IMG/VR virus record: IMGVR_UViG_3300022935_000010
Location: 32,001-96,000 of that record
Length of the DNA: 64,000 nucleotides
Origin: a virus
Direction: 5' to 3' (one strand)
Positions 27,263 to 36,737 of the stretch are shown here, piece by piece. How positions within the stretch are numbered: position 1 is the stretch's first letter; every line of letters starts with the position of its first letter. The translations under genes and the position numbers were made by a program. Under the pieces are notes generated by a model, which saw nothing but the letters and a program-made list of their open reading frames with translations, was not told the DNA's origin and ran no database searches.

Positions 27263-28666
27263 ATGTGTGGAATAATAATTACGAAAACTCCAGGTGAGGA
27301 TGTTTTAGACTCTATTAAACATAGGGGGATTGAGAAAACTGTGGTTGTGAAAAACGGACTCAGTATTTGTCACCACAGGCTCCCAATTCAAACATCTGAT
27401 GGTGATAATTGGAATCAGCCTATAGAGGTAGCAGACGGCATTTATTTGCTGTTTAATGGTGAGATATTTAACTATGACACAGTAAGGTTTGATTCTGATA
27501 TAGAATATCTAACCAACTTATTTAGAAGATACCGAGGCGGGAGTTTTGAGATGTTCTGCTCTCTTTTTATTCCTATTATACAAACTTGGGATGGATTTTG
27601 GGCAATTACAATCTATGATTCTTCAACCAACGATATAATTGCATTTACGGATCCTTTGGGTAGAAAATGTCTTTATTACAATTCACTTGGTGAAATTGCA
27701 TCCGAGATTAAGCCTTTGGTTTATGAGAATTCCCAGATCGATGAATCTTTTATTAGTACTGTGAGAAAGTGGGGGTACAACACCGATGAAAGAACACCAT
27801 ACAGCGACATTAAAAGGATCCTACCGAACAACATTTATCACTTTAATTTAGATAAAACTCCTGAGTTTAAAAATGTTTATCAAACTTACTATAAGGGTTT
27901 TGACTACCCAATTCAAGAATTGGTTGGTAAAGATTATGATGCCCATATGGAATGGCTTTGGTCTAAAATGTTCGAGTCTGTTAGGAATAGATTGATCTCT
28001 AAAGATTATCCGATTTCACTTCTAATCTCAGGGGGGCTTGATTCTTCAATTATTGCATCAATTCTCAATGAGCTTGGTGCTGATGTTAGGTGGTTTAGTA
28101 TTGAGAATGGCGAGAAGGAGTTTGTTGACATTCTCGCTTCAAAGCTCGGTAAAGAGGTTTCCTTTTTGGACTATTCAATGGATGAATCTATGAATGAAAA
28201 AATCTACAAGAAGTGGAACGAATCACCGATAGATCTGGGTTCTGTAATACCGCAATACCACTTATTTGATGCGGTAAAAAGATTTGGTGGATATCGTATA
28301 GTTCTTTCTGGTGATGGTGCTGATGAGCTATTTGGAGGGTATAAAAGAATACACGAATATGATTCTCAAAAGTCAGATGTTTTTGATGAGCTTTCATACT
28401 ACCACTTGCCTAGGCTTGATAAAATGTCTATGGCGCATACACTTGAGTTAAGAAGCCCATTTTTAAATCTTGATCTAGTAAGGTTTGCTTTACATCTTCC
28501 CCTTGAATGGAGAAAGGACAAAAAAATTCTTAAGGACACTTTTGCACCGTTACTCCCCGATGAGATTATTAATCGTAAGAAGGCACCACTAAAAAATCCG
28601 AAGATAAAGGAGGATAAAATTGCATATAGATATAAAGCAGTTGATCTTTTTCTAGGTAATAGATAA
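27263..28666 (+). CDS. asnB: Asparagine synthetase B-like glutamine amidotransferase
   Basis: Ntn Cys in MCGI, HHRLPI, FNGEIFNY, D.E, ISGGLDSS, VLSGDGADELFGGY, RLDKMSMAHTLELRSPFL. Confidence 0.93.
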   Translation: MCGIIITKTPGEDVLDSIKHRGIEKTVVVKNGLSICHHRLPIQTSDGDNWNQPIEVADGIYLLFNGEIFNYDTVRFDSDIEYLTNLFRRYRGGSFEMFCSLFIPIIQTWDGFWAITIYDSSTNDIIAFTDPLGRKCLYYNSLGEIASEIKPLVYENSQIDESFISTVRKWGYNTDERTPYSDIKRILPNNIYHFNLDKTPEFKNVYQTYYKGFDYPIQELVGKDYDAHMEWLWSKMFESVRNRLISKDYPISLLISGGLDSSIIASILNELGADVRWFSIENGEKEFVDILASKLGKEVSFLDYSMDESMNEKIYKKWNESPIDLGSVIPQYHLFDAVKRFGGYRIVLSGDGADELFGGYKRIHEYDSQKSDVFDELSYYHLPRLDKMSMAHTLELRSPFLNLDLVRFALHLPLEWRKDKKILKDTFAPLLPDEIINRKKAPLKNPKIKEDKIAYRYKAVDLFLGNR

Positions 28667-28706
28667 ATTACTTCTTGGAGCGATATATAAAGAAAAAATC
28701 TCCAAA

Positions 28707-29387
28707 ATGGCTAATAATATTAAATCCTTTGAGGATTTTAAATCTGATATAGCTCAGGAAGTAAACGAGAGCTGGTTCTCTGATATACTTGGGTATGCTG
28801 GAGGTGCATTTAGCGATGTTCTAAAAGGTAAAGCATCTGCTTACCTTATGAGTTTCTTTGGTATTGGTGAGCAATCTATATTTAGTAAACTTGTACAGAA
28901 CTTTGTAGAACAAATTCCAATTGCAGATTTAACCAAAATTATATTTGCTGGTAAGGCAAATTCTGCTTACCTTGCTCCAAAAATGGCTGACGCAACTATA
29001 GAATTCCTTTCTGAGAAAGGTCTAGACGGGATAGCAGAGGATCTCCATATAGAGCCTTCTGGATGGATTTACAGGACATTATCAGAGATAATAAGCAACC
29101 AAGCAAGAAGGGAAAATTTCAGGGAATCCTTGGTTAAATTTTACTTGCAAGCATTTAATGGATTTGAAAGTCCTGATGTCGAGGAATTTAAAAGTTCTTT
29201 ATCTTCCATGGATAAAAGAAGTCTGGAAAGGGGTCTAGAGGATGCTTCCAGAAGATCTGGTGCTGATTTAGATGTGGCATCTAGCGAAGCTGGAAGGGAT
29301 ATGGTTACTGACTTTTTATCTGGATTAGCTGGTGATGGTCAATCAATGCAATCTCTCGGATTAAGTACTGGGGGAACAATACAATAA
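28707..29387 (+). CDS. Putative head-internal protein
   Basis: GATATATA at 28682-28689; NNIKSFEDF...EVNES N-terminus. Confidence 0.6.
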   Translation: MANNIKSFEDFKSDIAQEVNESWFSDILGYAGGAFSDVLKGKASAYLMSFFGIGEQSIFSKLVQNFVEQIPIADLTKIIFAGKANSAYLAPKMADATIEFLSEKGLDGIAEDLHIEPSGWIYRTLSEIISNQARRENFRESLVKFYLQAFNGFESPDVEEFKSSLSSMDKRSLERGLEDASRRSGADLDVASSEAGRDMVTDFLSGLAGDGQSMQSLGLSTGGTIQ

Positions 29388-29400
29388 AAATACTAATATC

Positions 29401-29766
29401 ATGAATATAAATGACGTAGCAAAGAGAGAGGTTTTAGACTTTGATCAATTTAAGAAAAAGGTACACGACGAAACATACAAACCATTCGCTGCTGAAAATC
29501 AAGAAGGTGGTGAAGGAAAGACTGGACTACATAGGATAAAAAGAGAGCCTGCTTACGATTGGGTTGGCTATGCTGATGCAGTATTTAGCCCAGAAAAAGC
29601 GGGAATCGAGGTTCCTGGATATAATGCTGATGGTGACAGAGAGTACAACATTGCAAATGCTGGTCCTTCTATAGTAAATGCCCCAAATTCTTCTATCTCT
29701 GGATTGGGAGAATCTGAAACACCAGTTAATGAATCGTTTTCAATTAAGAGGTTAGAAGATTTCTAA
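29401..29766 (+). CDS. Small putative head-internal protein
   Basis: VLDFDQF near the N-terminus and VNESFSIKRLEDF at the C-terminus. Confidence 0.6.
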   Translation: MNINDVAKREVLDFDQFKKKVHDETYKPFAAENQEGGEGKTGLHRIKREPAYDWVGYADAVFSPEKAGIEVPGYNADGDREYNIANAGPSIVNAPNSSISGLGESETPVNESFSIKRLEDF

Positions 29767-29791
29767 CATAACCGGTTTTGATAAATCTTAT

Positions 29792-29824
29792 AAGACAAGT
29801 TTCACCCGAAACTTGTCTTTTTTT
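29792..29824 (+). terminator. Intrinsic terminator whose 3' arm doubles as the -35 of a middle promoter
   Basis: AAGACAAGTTTC-ACCC-GAAACTTGTCTT plus T-run (perfect 12-bp stem). Confidence 0.8.
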
Positions 29825-29835
29825 ATGTAATATAA
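29808..29835 (+). promoter_or_regulatory. Putative middle promoter GAAACTT-N16-TATAA
   Basis: Exact motif and spacer, 25 nt before the ATG at 29861. Confidence 0.65.
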
Positions 29836-29860
29836 AAAAAACAAAGATCCGGATCTCACA

Positions 29861-30529
29861 ATGAATATTAAATTAGTTCACATACTGACAGAGCCCGAAA
29901 CAAGAAGAGAGCAAGCTTCAATAAACTCCTTATCTCCACTTGGAGAAATGTGCTTAACTTATCAACAACAGGTTAATGAGAGATACAAGGGTGAAGCATG
30001 GAAGGAAGTTCCTGCTCTTTCCCAATCCCCTGCTACAAACCATGGACCTGGACACTATGGTGCTTTCCAATCCTTCAAGAAAGCAATGTTAGAGAATTTC
30101 TCGGATGATTTGGATGCTTTGGTTTTATGCGAGTGCGATTGTGTTCTTGAATGCTCCCACGAAGACTTTATGAATAAGCTGAAGAGGGGTATTGATTTCT
30201 GTAATAGGAATGACCTTAAATACCTTTCTCTGGGTTCCAGATTTGTTAACGGTGTTTTACAGTCCCCAGAGATCGATTCTGATGATGAATACAAAGACTT
30301 TTATGTTACCAATAAGGTGATCTTGGCTCACTGTATTGTTCTCCCCGCATCTTCTAGGGATCTTATCCTAGGTGCCCTTGATAAATTCAGTTGGGATAGT
30401 CCGGACATCTGGTTTAATGAAGCTTTGTGGAAGTCTGGTATAAATAGATTTGGTATTGTAAAAGAAAGGCTTGCTAGACAGCACGAGGGCATCTCGCTTA
30501 TAGATAATGTCTGGAAGGAGTCTCAGTAA
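29861..30529 (+). CDS. Glycosyltransferase family 25-like protein
   Basis: R...., G.YGAF.S...A, LVLCECDC (ExD motif), AHCIV, PD.WF, ARQHEG.S.ID follow the GT25 layout. Confidence 0.65.
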   Translation: MNIKLVHILTEPETRREQASINSLSPLGEMCLTYQQQVNERYKGEAWKEVPALSQSPATNHGPGHYGAFQSFKKAMLENFSDDLDALVLCECDCVLECSHEDFMNKLKRGIDFCNRNDLKYLSLGSRFVNGVLQSPEIDSDDEYKDFYVTNKVILAHCIVLPASSRDLILGALDKFSWDSPDIWFNEALWKSGINRFGIVKERLARQHEGISLIDNVWKESQ

Positions 30530-31258
30530 TTACCTTCTTTCCCTCTCTTCCTTACTTACCTCTCTTATGAATAGCTCCTTTGCTATCTTTAATGTTACTG
30601 AATCCTCAGTAAAATCTTCGTATATCTCCATCACATTAACTGCAGGATCAATGTGTCTATCTAGATCCATTGCTTCTAATATTTCGTTAACTATGAATTC
30701 ATAGGACATTGAAAAATAACTGTTCCTTAGGAAAACCCTTTTCATTAATGTTCCTTGTGGTCCACTGTTATTCTTTCCGTTTTGCCACCAGTAAGCGATT
30801 ATATTGTCTGTTGCCATGTTTCTAAAGATCAGTATACCACTATCTTTGTTTTTTACATCCCCAAATTTCCCTAGAGAAAATGCTTTGATCCTGCTTTCGA
30901 TGTTCTTCCAGAGTTCCATACCGAGGTCTGCATATTTATAGAGGATGTTAAGTGACATCTCTATGATTTTGAAAATTTCTTCGTTCTCAAAATCCTCTAT
31001 TTCAGAATTTTCGTAATACTCAACCAGTTTTTTAATATTTAATGGTAGATCTTCTGGTATCTGATTAAATTCGTTTTCAATCCAGACTTTAATTGAAGTG
31101 ATTTCCTTGATCATTGAGAATATTCTCTTTATGGGATAATAAATATCCTCCTCTGCAATGTCCTTGTTTACAGTGGATAGAAAATCTAATAAAACGTATT
31201 GTTTGTATTCTTGATCGATTGGATGTTCGATGAACCATGTGGGTTTAATATCTTTCAT
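30530..31258 (-). CDS. Conserved hypothetical protein
   Basis: 242-aa ORF; WF.E.PID.EYKQYVLL.FL N-terminus recalls an uncharacterised Bacteroidota family (from memory, unverified). Confidence 0.7.
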   Translation of the reverse strand: MKDIKPTWFIEHPIDQEYKQYVLLDFLSTVNKDIAEEDIYYPIKRIFSMIKEITSIKVWIENEFNQIPEDLPLNIKKLVEYYENSEIEDFENEEIFKIIEMSLNILYKYADLGMELWKNIESRIKAFSLGKFGDVKNKDSGILIFRNMATDNIIAYWWQNGKNNSGPQGTLMKRVFLRNSYFSMSYEFIVNEILEAMDLDRHIDPAVNVMEIYEDFTEDSVTLKIAKELFIREVSKEERERR

Positions 31259-31373
31259 GGTAAAGAAGAATTATGTTTGATATTCTATATATTATCCCCG
31301 GGGTATACTTCTGGACTTTTAAAGAACCCATTTTAGGTTGTGATATATAATACATAAAAATAGTGGTCCCATC

Positions 31374-31811
31374 ATGCCAAGAATAGACGATTATATTTCA
31401 TTCAGCTCCAATAAGAAAAACAACGTTTCTAGCGAGTTTATTTTTTCAAAAGAACTGGGCTTGTTAGACGTTGAGGTTGTTAATAGGCCTCCTGAGATTT
31501 CTGATGTTGATTCGTTAGAATGTGAAATTGAATACAAGGTTGGCATAGAAAGAAGAAAAGATGGGATACAGGACCTGAACTTTTCTATAGAGGAAATAGA
31601 ACTTGAAATTAAAGTCGACGATTATCCAAACGAACAGAAGGAATTTGAATTTGATATAGTACCAGATGTAAACATCGCTATTCCTTCCATTGTAATCCAG
31701 AAGGGGTCGAGATTAGTCCCAACAGATCCTTCTTTTGCAAGAATTGATATGAGAAAGTCGATGAATCCCAAAGACTTCAGAATCCAAATACTCTTTGGAA
31801 CCAATGAATAA
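31374..31811 (+). CDS. Hypothetical late protein
   Basis: GATATATA at 31342-31349; 145-aa acidic ORF. Confidence 0.65.
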   Translation: MPRIDDYISFSSNKKNNVSSEFIFSKELGLLDVEVVNRPPEISDVDSLECEIEYKVGIERRKDGIQDLNFSIEEIELEIKVDDYPNEQKEFEFDIVPDVNIAIPSIVIQKGSRLVPTDPSFARIDMRKSMNPKDFRIQILFGTNE

Positions 31812-32721
31812 AGCACTTAAATTTGGCCAGTTTGGGAGAATTTTTGAATCTCGGGGGATATCTAAAAAGGATGTTGGACTAATTGGTCCAAATATGTCTG
31901 GCGAAATAAAGCTTAGAATACCTAATCCTGGTATCACATTAAAGAGAATAGACGATGGTGATAACTTTACTTTTCAAATGGGTGAGAAGTCTTGTTCGGT
32001 GCCTAAAAAATATGTAGGTCTCACCACTCAACCTGGGTATGACATTATTTCCTTTGATACTAATATGAACTGGTTCAGGGAAGACGATAATGGTGAAAAA
32101 ATTTCGGATATCATAGAGGAATATGTTTCTTCTCAGTATAAAGAACTTTCAAAGGTTGCTAATCAACTTGAGGATGATGCTAATATGATTTTAGATATTT
32201 TGGGTATTAAGGAGGATGTAAAAACATTTAATTCTAATTCACCCTTACAAATGGACGGGCAAATTTCAAATGGGATGGAATTTGAAATTGAAAAGGAGAA
32301 ACCGGAAGACTTATTTAAGAAGATCTTTATTTATAAAACTACTGATGAGATACATCCTTTGATTTCTATAAAAAGAAAAGGCGGCAGATTTAATTGTGTT
32401 TATAGAACTCCAAAGGGAAATTTTGAATGTAAACATGATTCTATTAAGGGAATGCTTGATAACCCAGTTGATAAGTATTTGCTCTCTGTGTGTAACGGAG
32501 GAGACAATAATAAAAATCAAAGGGATCTCGTGGACCACCTCATGAAGCTTTTTAAGTATCATTCCTGGGATAAATCCTCTTCACCAAAGAAGGATGATAA
32601 GCATCTTGATGAAAGGAGGGAGATTAAAAAGGTAATGAACATTCTTAAAAATACTATTCCTGAACAGCACATTGAGGAAATGTATTCTGATGCTAGATCC
32701 AAATTTCTGGGTAATTCATAG
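31804..32721 (+). CDS. Hypothetical protein, putative head-internal (start moved to ATG 31804)
   Basis: ATGAATAA overlap with the upstream stop; ALKFGQFGRIFES motif. Confidence 0.6.
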   Translation: MNKALKFGQFGRIFESRGISKKDVGLIGPNMSGEIKLRIPNPGITLKRIDDGDNFTFQMGEKSCSVPKKYVGLTTQPGYDIISFDTNMNWFREDDNGEKISDIIEEYVSSQYKELSKVANQLEDDANMILDILGIKEDVKTFNSNSPLQMDGQISNGMEFEIEKEKPEDLFKKIFIYKTTDEIHPLISIKRKGGRFNCVYRTPKGNFECKHDSIKGMLDNPVDKYLLSVCNGGDNNKNQRDLVDHLMKLFKYHSWDKSSSPKKDDKHLDERREIKKVMNILKNTIPEQHIEEMYSDARSKFLGNS

Positions 32722-32840
32722 AACCCGGAACACTTTTGTACATTTTCCATATAATTTTTAAATCTAGCAATGCTGCCCAGTGAATTGTTTTTACACATAC
32801 CTTTTCGATTTTCGATTAACCTCTTAATGATTGAAAGTAA

Positions 32841-33506
32841 ATGGGATGGCTGAGCCGAATATTTAAGAAGAAAAAAAAGATGGATCTAAAGGAAAAAACT
32901 TTACCTGAGATTAAAGAAGAACTCTCCAAGGTCGATTTTCAATGGATTAAGGGAGACAAGATGGGCAACATCGAAAAATTTGATGGTGTCACAACGGACG
33001 AATCCACTGGGATGACCTTTATTGATTTTAAAGGAGGAGGAAGAATTAACCTGGAGCTTTTGGAAGAATATCTTGAATCCTTTCCTGCTTCAAAGGTCGA
33101 CTTTGGTGATACACAAATTTCTCCTGACGTTCCGGTAAATCCGTTGCCAAAAGATGTTCAGACACAGCCTGCTGCTTCTAAGAGAAATACAGTTTCTTCG
33201 GTAGCACTTGAAGAATCTCCGATATATAAGCTACTTAAGCAGCAAAAGGAGAATTGGGTAAATGTGAATATTTCCCTAAAATTAAATCTCCCGCCAAAGA
33301 GTCTTTATAATGTTCTTATAAGTTCTTTTGATGGTGCAAACGAGGAAATAATAAATTATGTTACCGAGGGTATTGATATTGAGGATATTAGGTCTGCTTT
33401 AGCAGAATCTATTACCAGCTATTATGATGCTTCTCAAAAGTCAACAAGTCAAAGAGTTAAGAACAAGAAAGAAGAAAACAAACCGGTAGAGGATGGAAAC
33501 GAATAA
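32841..33506 (+). CDS. Hypothetical protein
   Basis: 221-aa ORF; weak middle-promoter variant GGAACAC-N16-TATAA at 32727-32754. Confidence 0.65.
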   Translation: MGWLSRIFKKKKKMDLKEKTLPEIKEELSKVDFQWIKGDKMGNIEKFDGVTTDESTGMTFIDFKGGGRINLELLEEYLESFPASKVDFGDTQISPDVPVNPLPKDVQTQPAASKRNTVSSVALEESPIYKLLKQQKENWVNVNISLKLNLPPKSLYNVLISSFDGANEEIINYVTEGIDIEDIRSALAESITSYYDASQKSTSQRVKNKKEENKPVEDGNE

Positions 33507-34071
33507 AGTCTTATACGAAACACCTGGCCTAAATTTAGTCGAAAGGGATGGTAGAATTGGTGTAGTCCCAACATTTATGAATGTTGTTGTAATGCCATTT
33601 ATATCTGATGAGCAAGGACTCCCTTTGGCAATTGGTGTTTTAAAGGAGCCAAATCCTTTTAGAGAAGGTGGTATGACAGTGTCTCTTATCACAGGAACAA
33701 GTGACGACGAGGATCCTGATCTATTAACTACAGCAAAAAGAGAACTTATGGAAGAAAGTGGATTCCAAGCGGATGAAAATGAAAGGTGGTACTATCTTGG
33801 TTCCGTTACGTCATCTAAGTTTGTCGACCATGAACAACCTTGCTTTGCAGTAGATGTCACTGGTTTACAAAAGGGTGAAGCAACAACAGACGGTAGTCCA
33901 GAAGAGCAGGAGATGGAATTTAAGTTTATTCCCGCTAATGATGTGGTAAAAGCTAAAGACATTTTCATCCCCGGTCTTTTTCTAAAGTTGTTTAAATATG
34001 TTCTTGGTATTGATATACAAGGATCTACCGAGGAATCTAAAGAGGATGCGTTTAAATTTTCAGCAGAATGA
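33493..34071 (+). CDS. Nudix hydrolase
   Basis: G..D.ED......AKRELMEESG Nudix box. Confidence 0.85.
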   Translation: METNKVLYETPGLNLVERDGRIGVVPTFMNVVVMPFISDEQGLPLAIGVLKEPNPFREGGMTVSLITGTSDDEDPDLLTTAKRELMEESGFQADENERWYYLGSVTSSKFVDHEQPCFAVDVTGLQKGEATTDGSPEEQEMEFKFIPANDVVKAKDIFIPGLFLKLFKYVLGIDIQGSTEESKEDAFKFSAE

Positions 34072-34409
34072 GTCAATCTAGAAGACAAAGAAGACAAATG
34101 GCCAAACAGTTTGGTCTACTAGGGAAAAATGAATCCTTCGATGAAATGAGGGAAAGAATACGAAGAGCCCAGCAGATGGGACAGCAGATTCACCTAAAAA
34201 ATCTTGAGAATAACAAGAACAGTCAAATAGAGGCTCAGAGAGCTAGAGAGGTTGCCATCCAGGAAGAAATAGCAAAAAATTTATCCACTGAGAAAGAGGA
34301 TAATCCAGACGATACCGTTAAATTAAATACTAGTTCCTTTAATTTCTTAAAGGATGTAAATGAGGGTCCTCAGGCTTCTGGTGAAAAAGAAACCAAAGAT
34401 AATGCCTAA
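34068..34409 (+). CDS. Hypothetical basic/coiled-coil protein
   Basis: ATGA overlap with the upstream stop; SRRQRRQMAK N-terminus. Confidence 0.6.
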   Translation: MSQSRRQRRQMAKQFGLLGKNESFDEMRERIRRAQQMGQQIHLKNLENNKNSQIEAQRAREVAIQEEIAKNLSTEKEDNPDDTVKLNTSSFNFLKDVNEGPQASGEKETKDNA

Positions 34410-34734
34410 GGAAATACCAGATACTAGATTTCTTCTTACATCAAGTTCTTTAAAAGAGGCCAAAAGAAAGTATTGCTCTGATAAAACCTATTATATTGTG
34501 GATATAGGAAAAATCATAAGGGAGCTCGGCTATGATGTTAACGAGCTTTCCCCAGAATCAGAGTTTGTCATCAATTACGCAGTTCAGAAGAAAATAACCC
34601 AAGGAATATATAGTACAAGATGTAATGACATCTTGGTGGTGTATAGAAACATCTCACAAAGGTTTGCAGAAAACCTAAATCATTTCTTAGAAGAAATGGA
34701 AGAGGAGTTTGAATTCACCATCGAGGTAGAATGA
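34402..34734 (+). CDS. Hypothetical protein (start moved to ATG 34402)
   Basis: ATGCCTAA overlap with the upstream stop. Confidence 0.55.
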   Translation: MPKEIPDTRFLLTSSSLKEAKRKYCSDKTYYIVDIGKIIRELGYDVNELSPESEFVINYAVQKKITQGIYSTRCNDILVVYRNISQRFAENLNHFLEEMEEEFEFTIEVE

Positions 34735-34755
34735 AAAAAAATCTTGTCTATATAA

Positions 34756-36726
34756 ATGTCAACAGGGACAAACTCAAGAACAGGATCCCAATCCTCTACT
34801 GAATCTTATGCAGAAAGGGAATTAAGGTATTCCGTTGGTAATTCCTCAGGTAGCCCAACCACAGCTGCGAACAGTTCTATTCACGGATCGAGAGAAGAAC
34901 AATTAGATAGTGCATCCGCGCAATTAACTTCGAGGATGTCCAACCTTGGATCTGTTAATCCTAACAAAGGACCAACACCAAGAACTCTATTTTATAATGG
35001 TGGTTTTTATTCCTCTGACGATGCTAAATATGGTCAGTTCCTTTTCTATTCTTTTGGAAGCAATCAGAACACATTTATACAGGAATATTATAAATCCGAG
35101 AATAGGGAATTTAACTCTTCTATTTCTTCGGTATCCAGTGTTACTGGAAGAGGCGCTAGTAAGAACCCCTCTGCGGGTCAACTTGTTAGAATAACACAAG
35201 AAACTCTTAATGAGATCGATGCTTCCATGGGAGAGGACGGACAAGATTCTTCCGGAAGTCTTGGTACAAGAGGAAATAAATCACTTGTTATAGGGGGAGC
35301 TTCTGCTCCATATTACTGGAAAGACTTTTTGTACTGTAAGTATTATGGTGCTATCCCAAATAATTATATGGTAACTCTCAGAAGGTTCCCTGCTCCAATG
35401 AGAGATAACCTTTCTATACCAGATCAGCTTTTAGCTTCTGATTTATATAAAAAACAAGGTGCTGGTAGACCCGTTGCCCAGGCAGTAACCTGGTGGGGAG
35501 GAAACACAGATAACTCTTTGGATGAGATAATTGGATTTAGTGCTGGTCTAACATGGCAAGACAAATATCAAAACGACGTTGGCTACCAAAAAGGATTTGA
35601 CCAAGGATTTTTCAAAAGTGTGCTCGGAAGAGCTTTTGCTGGTGCTGCTAGTGGTGCAGGGGCAGGTGAACTTTTAGCTACTTTGGGTGACGTTGCAAAT
35701 ATAGCAGTTGCAGCAACCGAAGGTGGTAGGGATGAAGTTACCGTTCCTAAAATAAACTATGCATTGAGGGACAAAATGATCTCTGAAGGCGGGCCTCTTT
35801 CTGACTTTATATTCGTTTCTGTAGATACTGTGGATAAAACATGGGTAAGAGGGAGAGGACTGACTTTTACCGAAAACCCAATAAGACTTAAGTTCCATTA
35901 TGAGCTAACATCCGTTGGTGAAGTAAACACTAAAGCTGCAATGCTTGATATCATAGGAAACTTACTTGCTATTGGTACTAATTATGGTAATTTTCTAACC
36001 CCAGATATTAGATACGATAACACTTTCCCAGCTATTGGATTTCCTGGTGGAGATGAGGGGTTAAGGGCTTTTTATTCAGATCCTATTAAATGGACTAAAA
36101 CTGCTATTAAATATCTTTCAGATCCTGACGGATTAACAATGAATGATCCACAAGCACAGCAATTTAAAGAGTCTGCAGATTCTGTTGAAAAAGCAGTTAC
36201 TGAGCTTCAAAGTGCAATAAAACAATTAAAGGAAACCGATATTGGTGGGTTAAACGAACTTATAGAATCTGACGCTGCAATTGGTAACATTATTGCTTTC
36301 GCTCTTGCTGACGATTTCGTTGAGAATATACAGCTTCCGATAGCTATTCAAACCGGTGCACCAACAGGTGAATGGCATTTAGTGGTTGGTAATCCAATGA
36401 ATCCGATAGCGATGATAGGCAATCTTGTTTGCGATGGTGTAAATATAGAATTTAATGAAGTTCTTGGTCCGGATGATTTTCCAACAGAGGTTATGGCAAC
36501 TTTCACGTTAAAACATGGAAGAGATAGAGAAAGAGGTGAGATTGAAAGTATGTTTAATAGAGGTGATGGAAGGCTTTACCAAAGTACAATACCAACTTAT
36601 GCAAACAATCAATCTATCTATAACCAAGGACTTTCCGATGGAACTGTTGTTCAGACAACCAAGGATGGAACTACACTCACTGATCCTTCGAATGTGGTGG
36701 CTCAGAACGGTGGACAAACAAACTAA
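34756..36726 (+). CDS. Putative baseplate/tail-tube initiator protein (gp48/gp54-like)
   Basis: First gene of the baseplate cluster; C-terminal WHLVVGNP..PIAMIGNLVC..V.IEF...LGPDDFPTE....TLKH looks tube-like. Confidence 0.5.
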   Translation: MSTGTNSRTGSQSSTESYAERELRYSVGNSSGSPTTAANSSIHGSREEQLDSASAQLTSRMSNLGSVNPNKGPTPRTLFYNGGFYSSDDAKYGQFLFYSFGSNQNTFIQEYYKSENREFNSSISSVSSVTGRGASKNPSAGQLVRITQETLNEIDASMGEDGQDSSGSLGTRGNKSLVIGGASAPYYWKDFLYCKYYGAIPNNYMVTLRRFPAPMRDNLSIPDQLLASDLYKKQGAGRPVAQAVTWWGGNTDNSLDEIIGFSAGLTWQDKYQNDVGYQKGFDQGFFKSVLGRAFAGAASGAGAGELLATLGDVANIAVAATEGGRDEVTVPKINYALRDKMISEGGPLSDFIFVSVDTVDKTWVRGRGLTFTENPIRLKFHYELTSVGEVNTKAAMLDIIGNLLAIGTNYGNFLTPDIRYDNTFPAIGFPGGDEGLRAFYSDPIKWTKTAIKYLSDPDGLTMNDPQAQQFKESADSVEKAVTELQSAIKQLKETDIGGLNELIESDAAIGNIIAFALADDFVENIQLPIAIQTGAPTGEWHLVVGNPMNPIAMIGNLVCDGVNIEFNEVLGPDDFPTEVMATFTLKHGRDRERGEIESMFNRGDGRLYQSTIPTYANNQSIYNQGLSDGTVVQTTKDGTTLTDPSNVVAQNGGQTN

Positions 36727-36737
36727 TATTTTATGTT

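Noticed and set aside
32722-32840. One of the longest intergenic gaps as a possible tRNA or ncRNA
   Set aside because: No cloverleaf, T-loop motif or strong stem was seen; a weak promoter plus 5' leader explains it.
33221-33228. GATATATA inside the 32841 ORF as a late promoter
   Set aside because: It is about 265 nt from the next start and has no obvious in-frame restart; it could be a chance match in AT-rich DNA.
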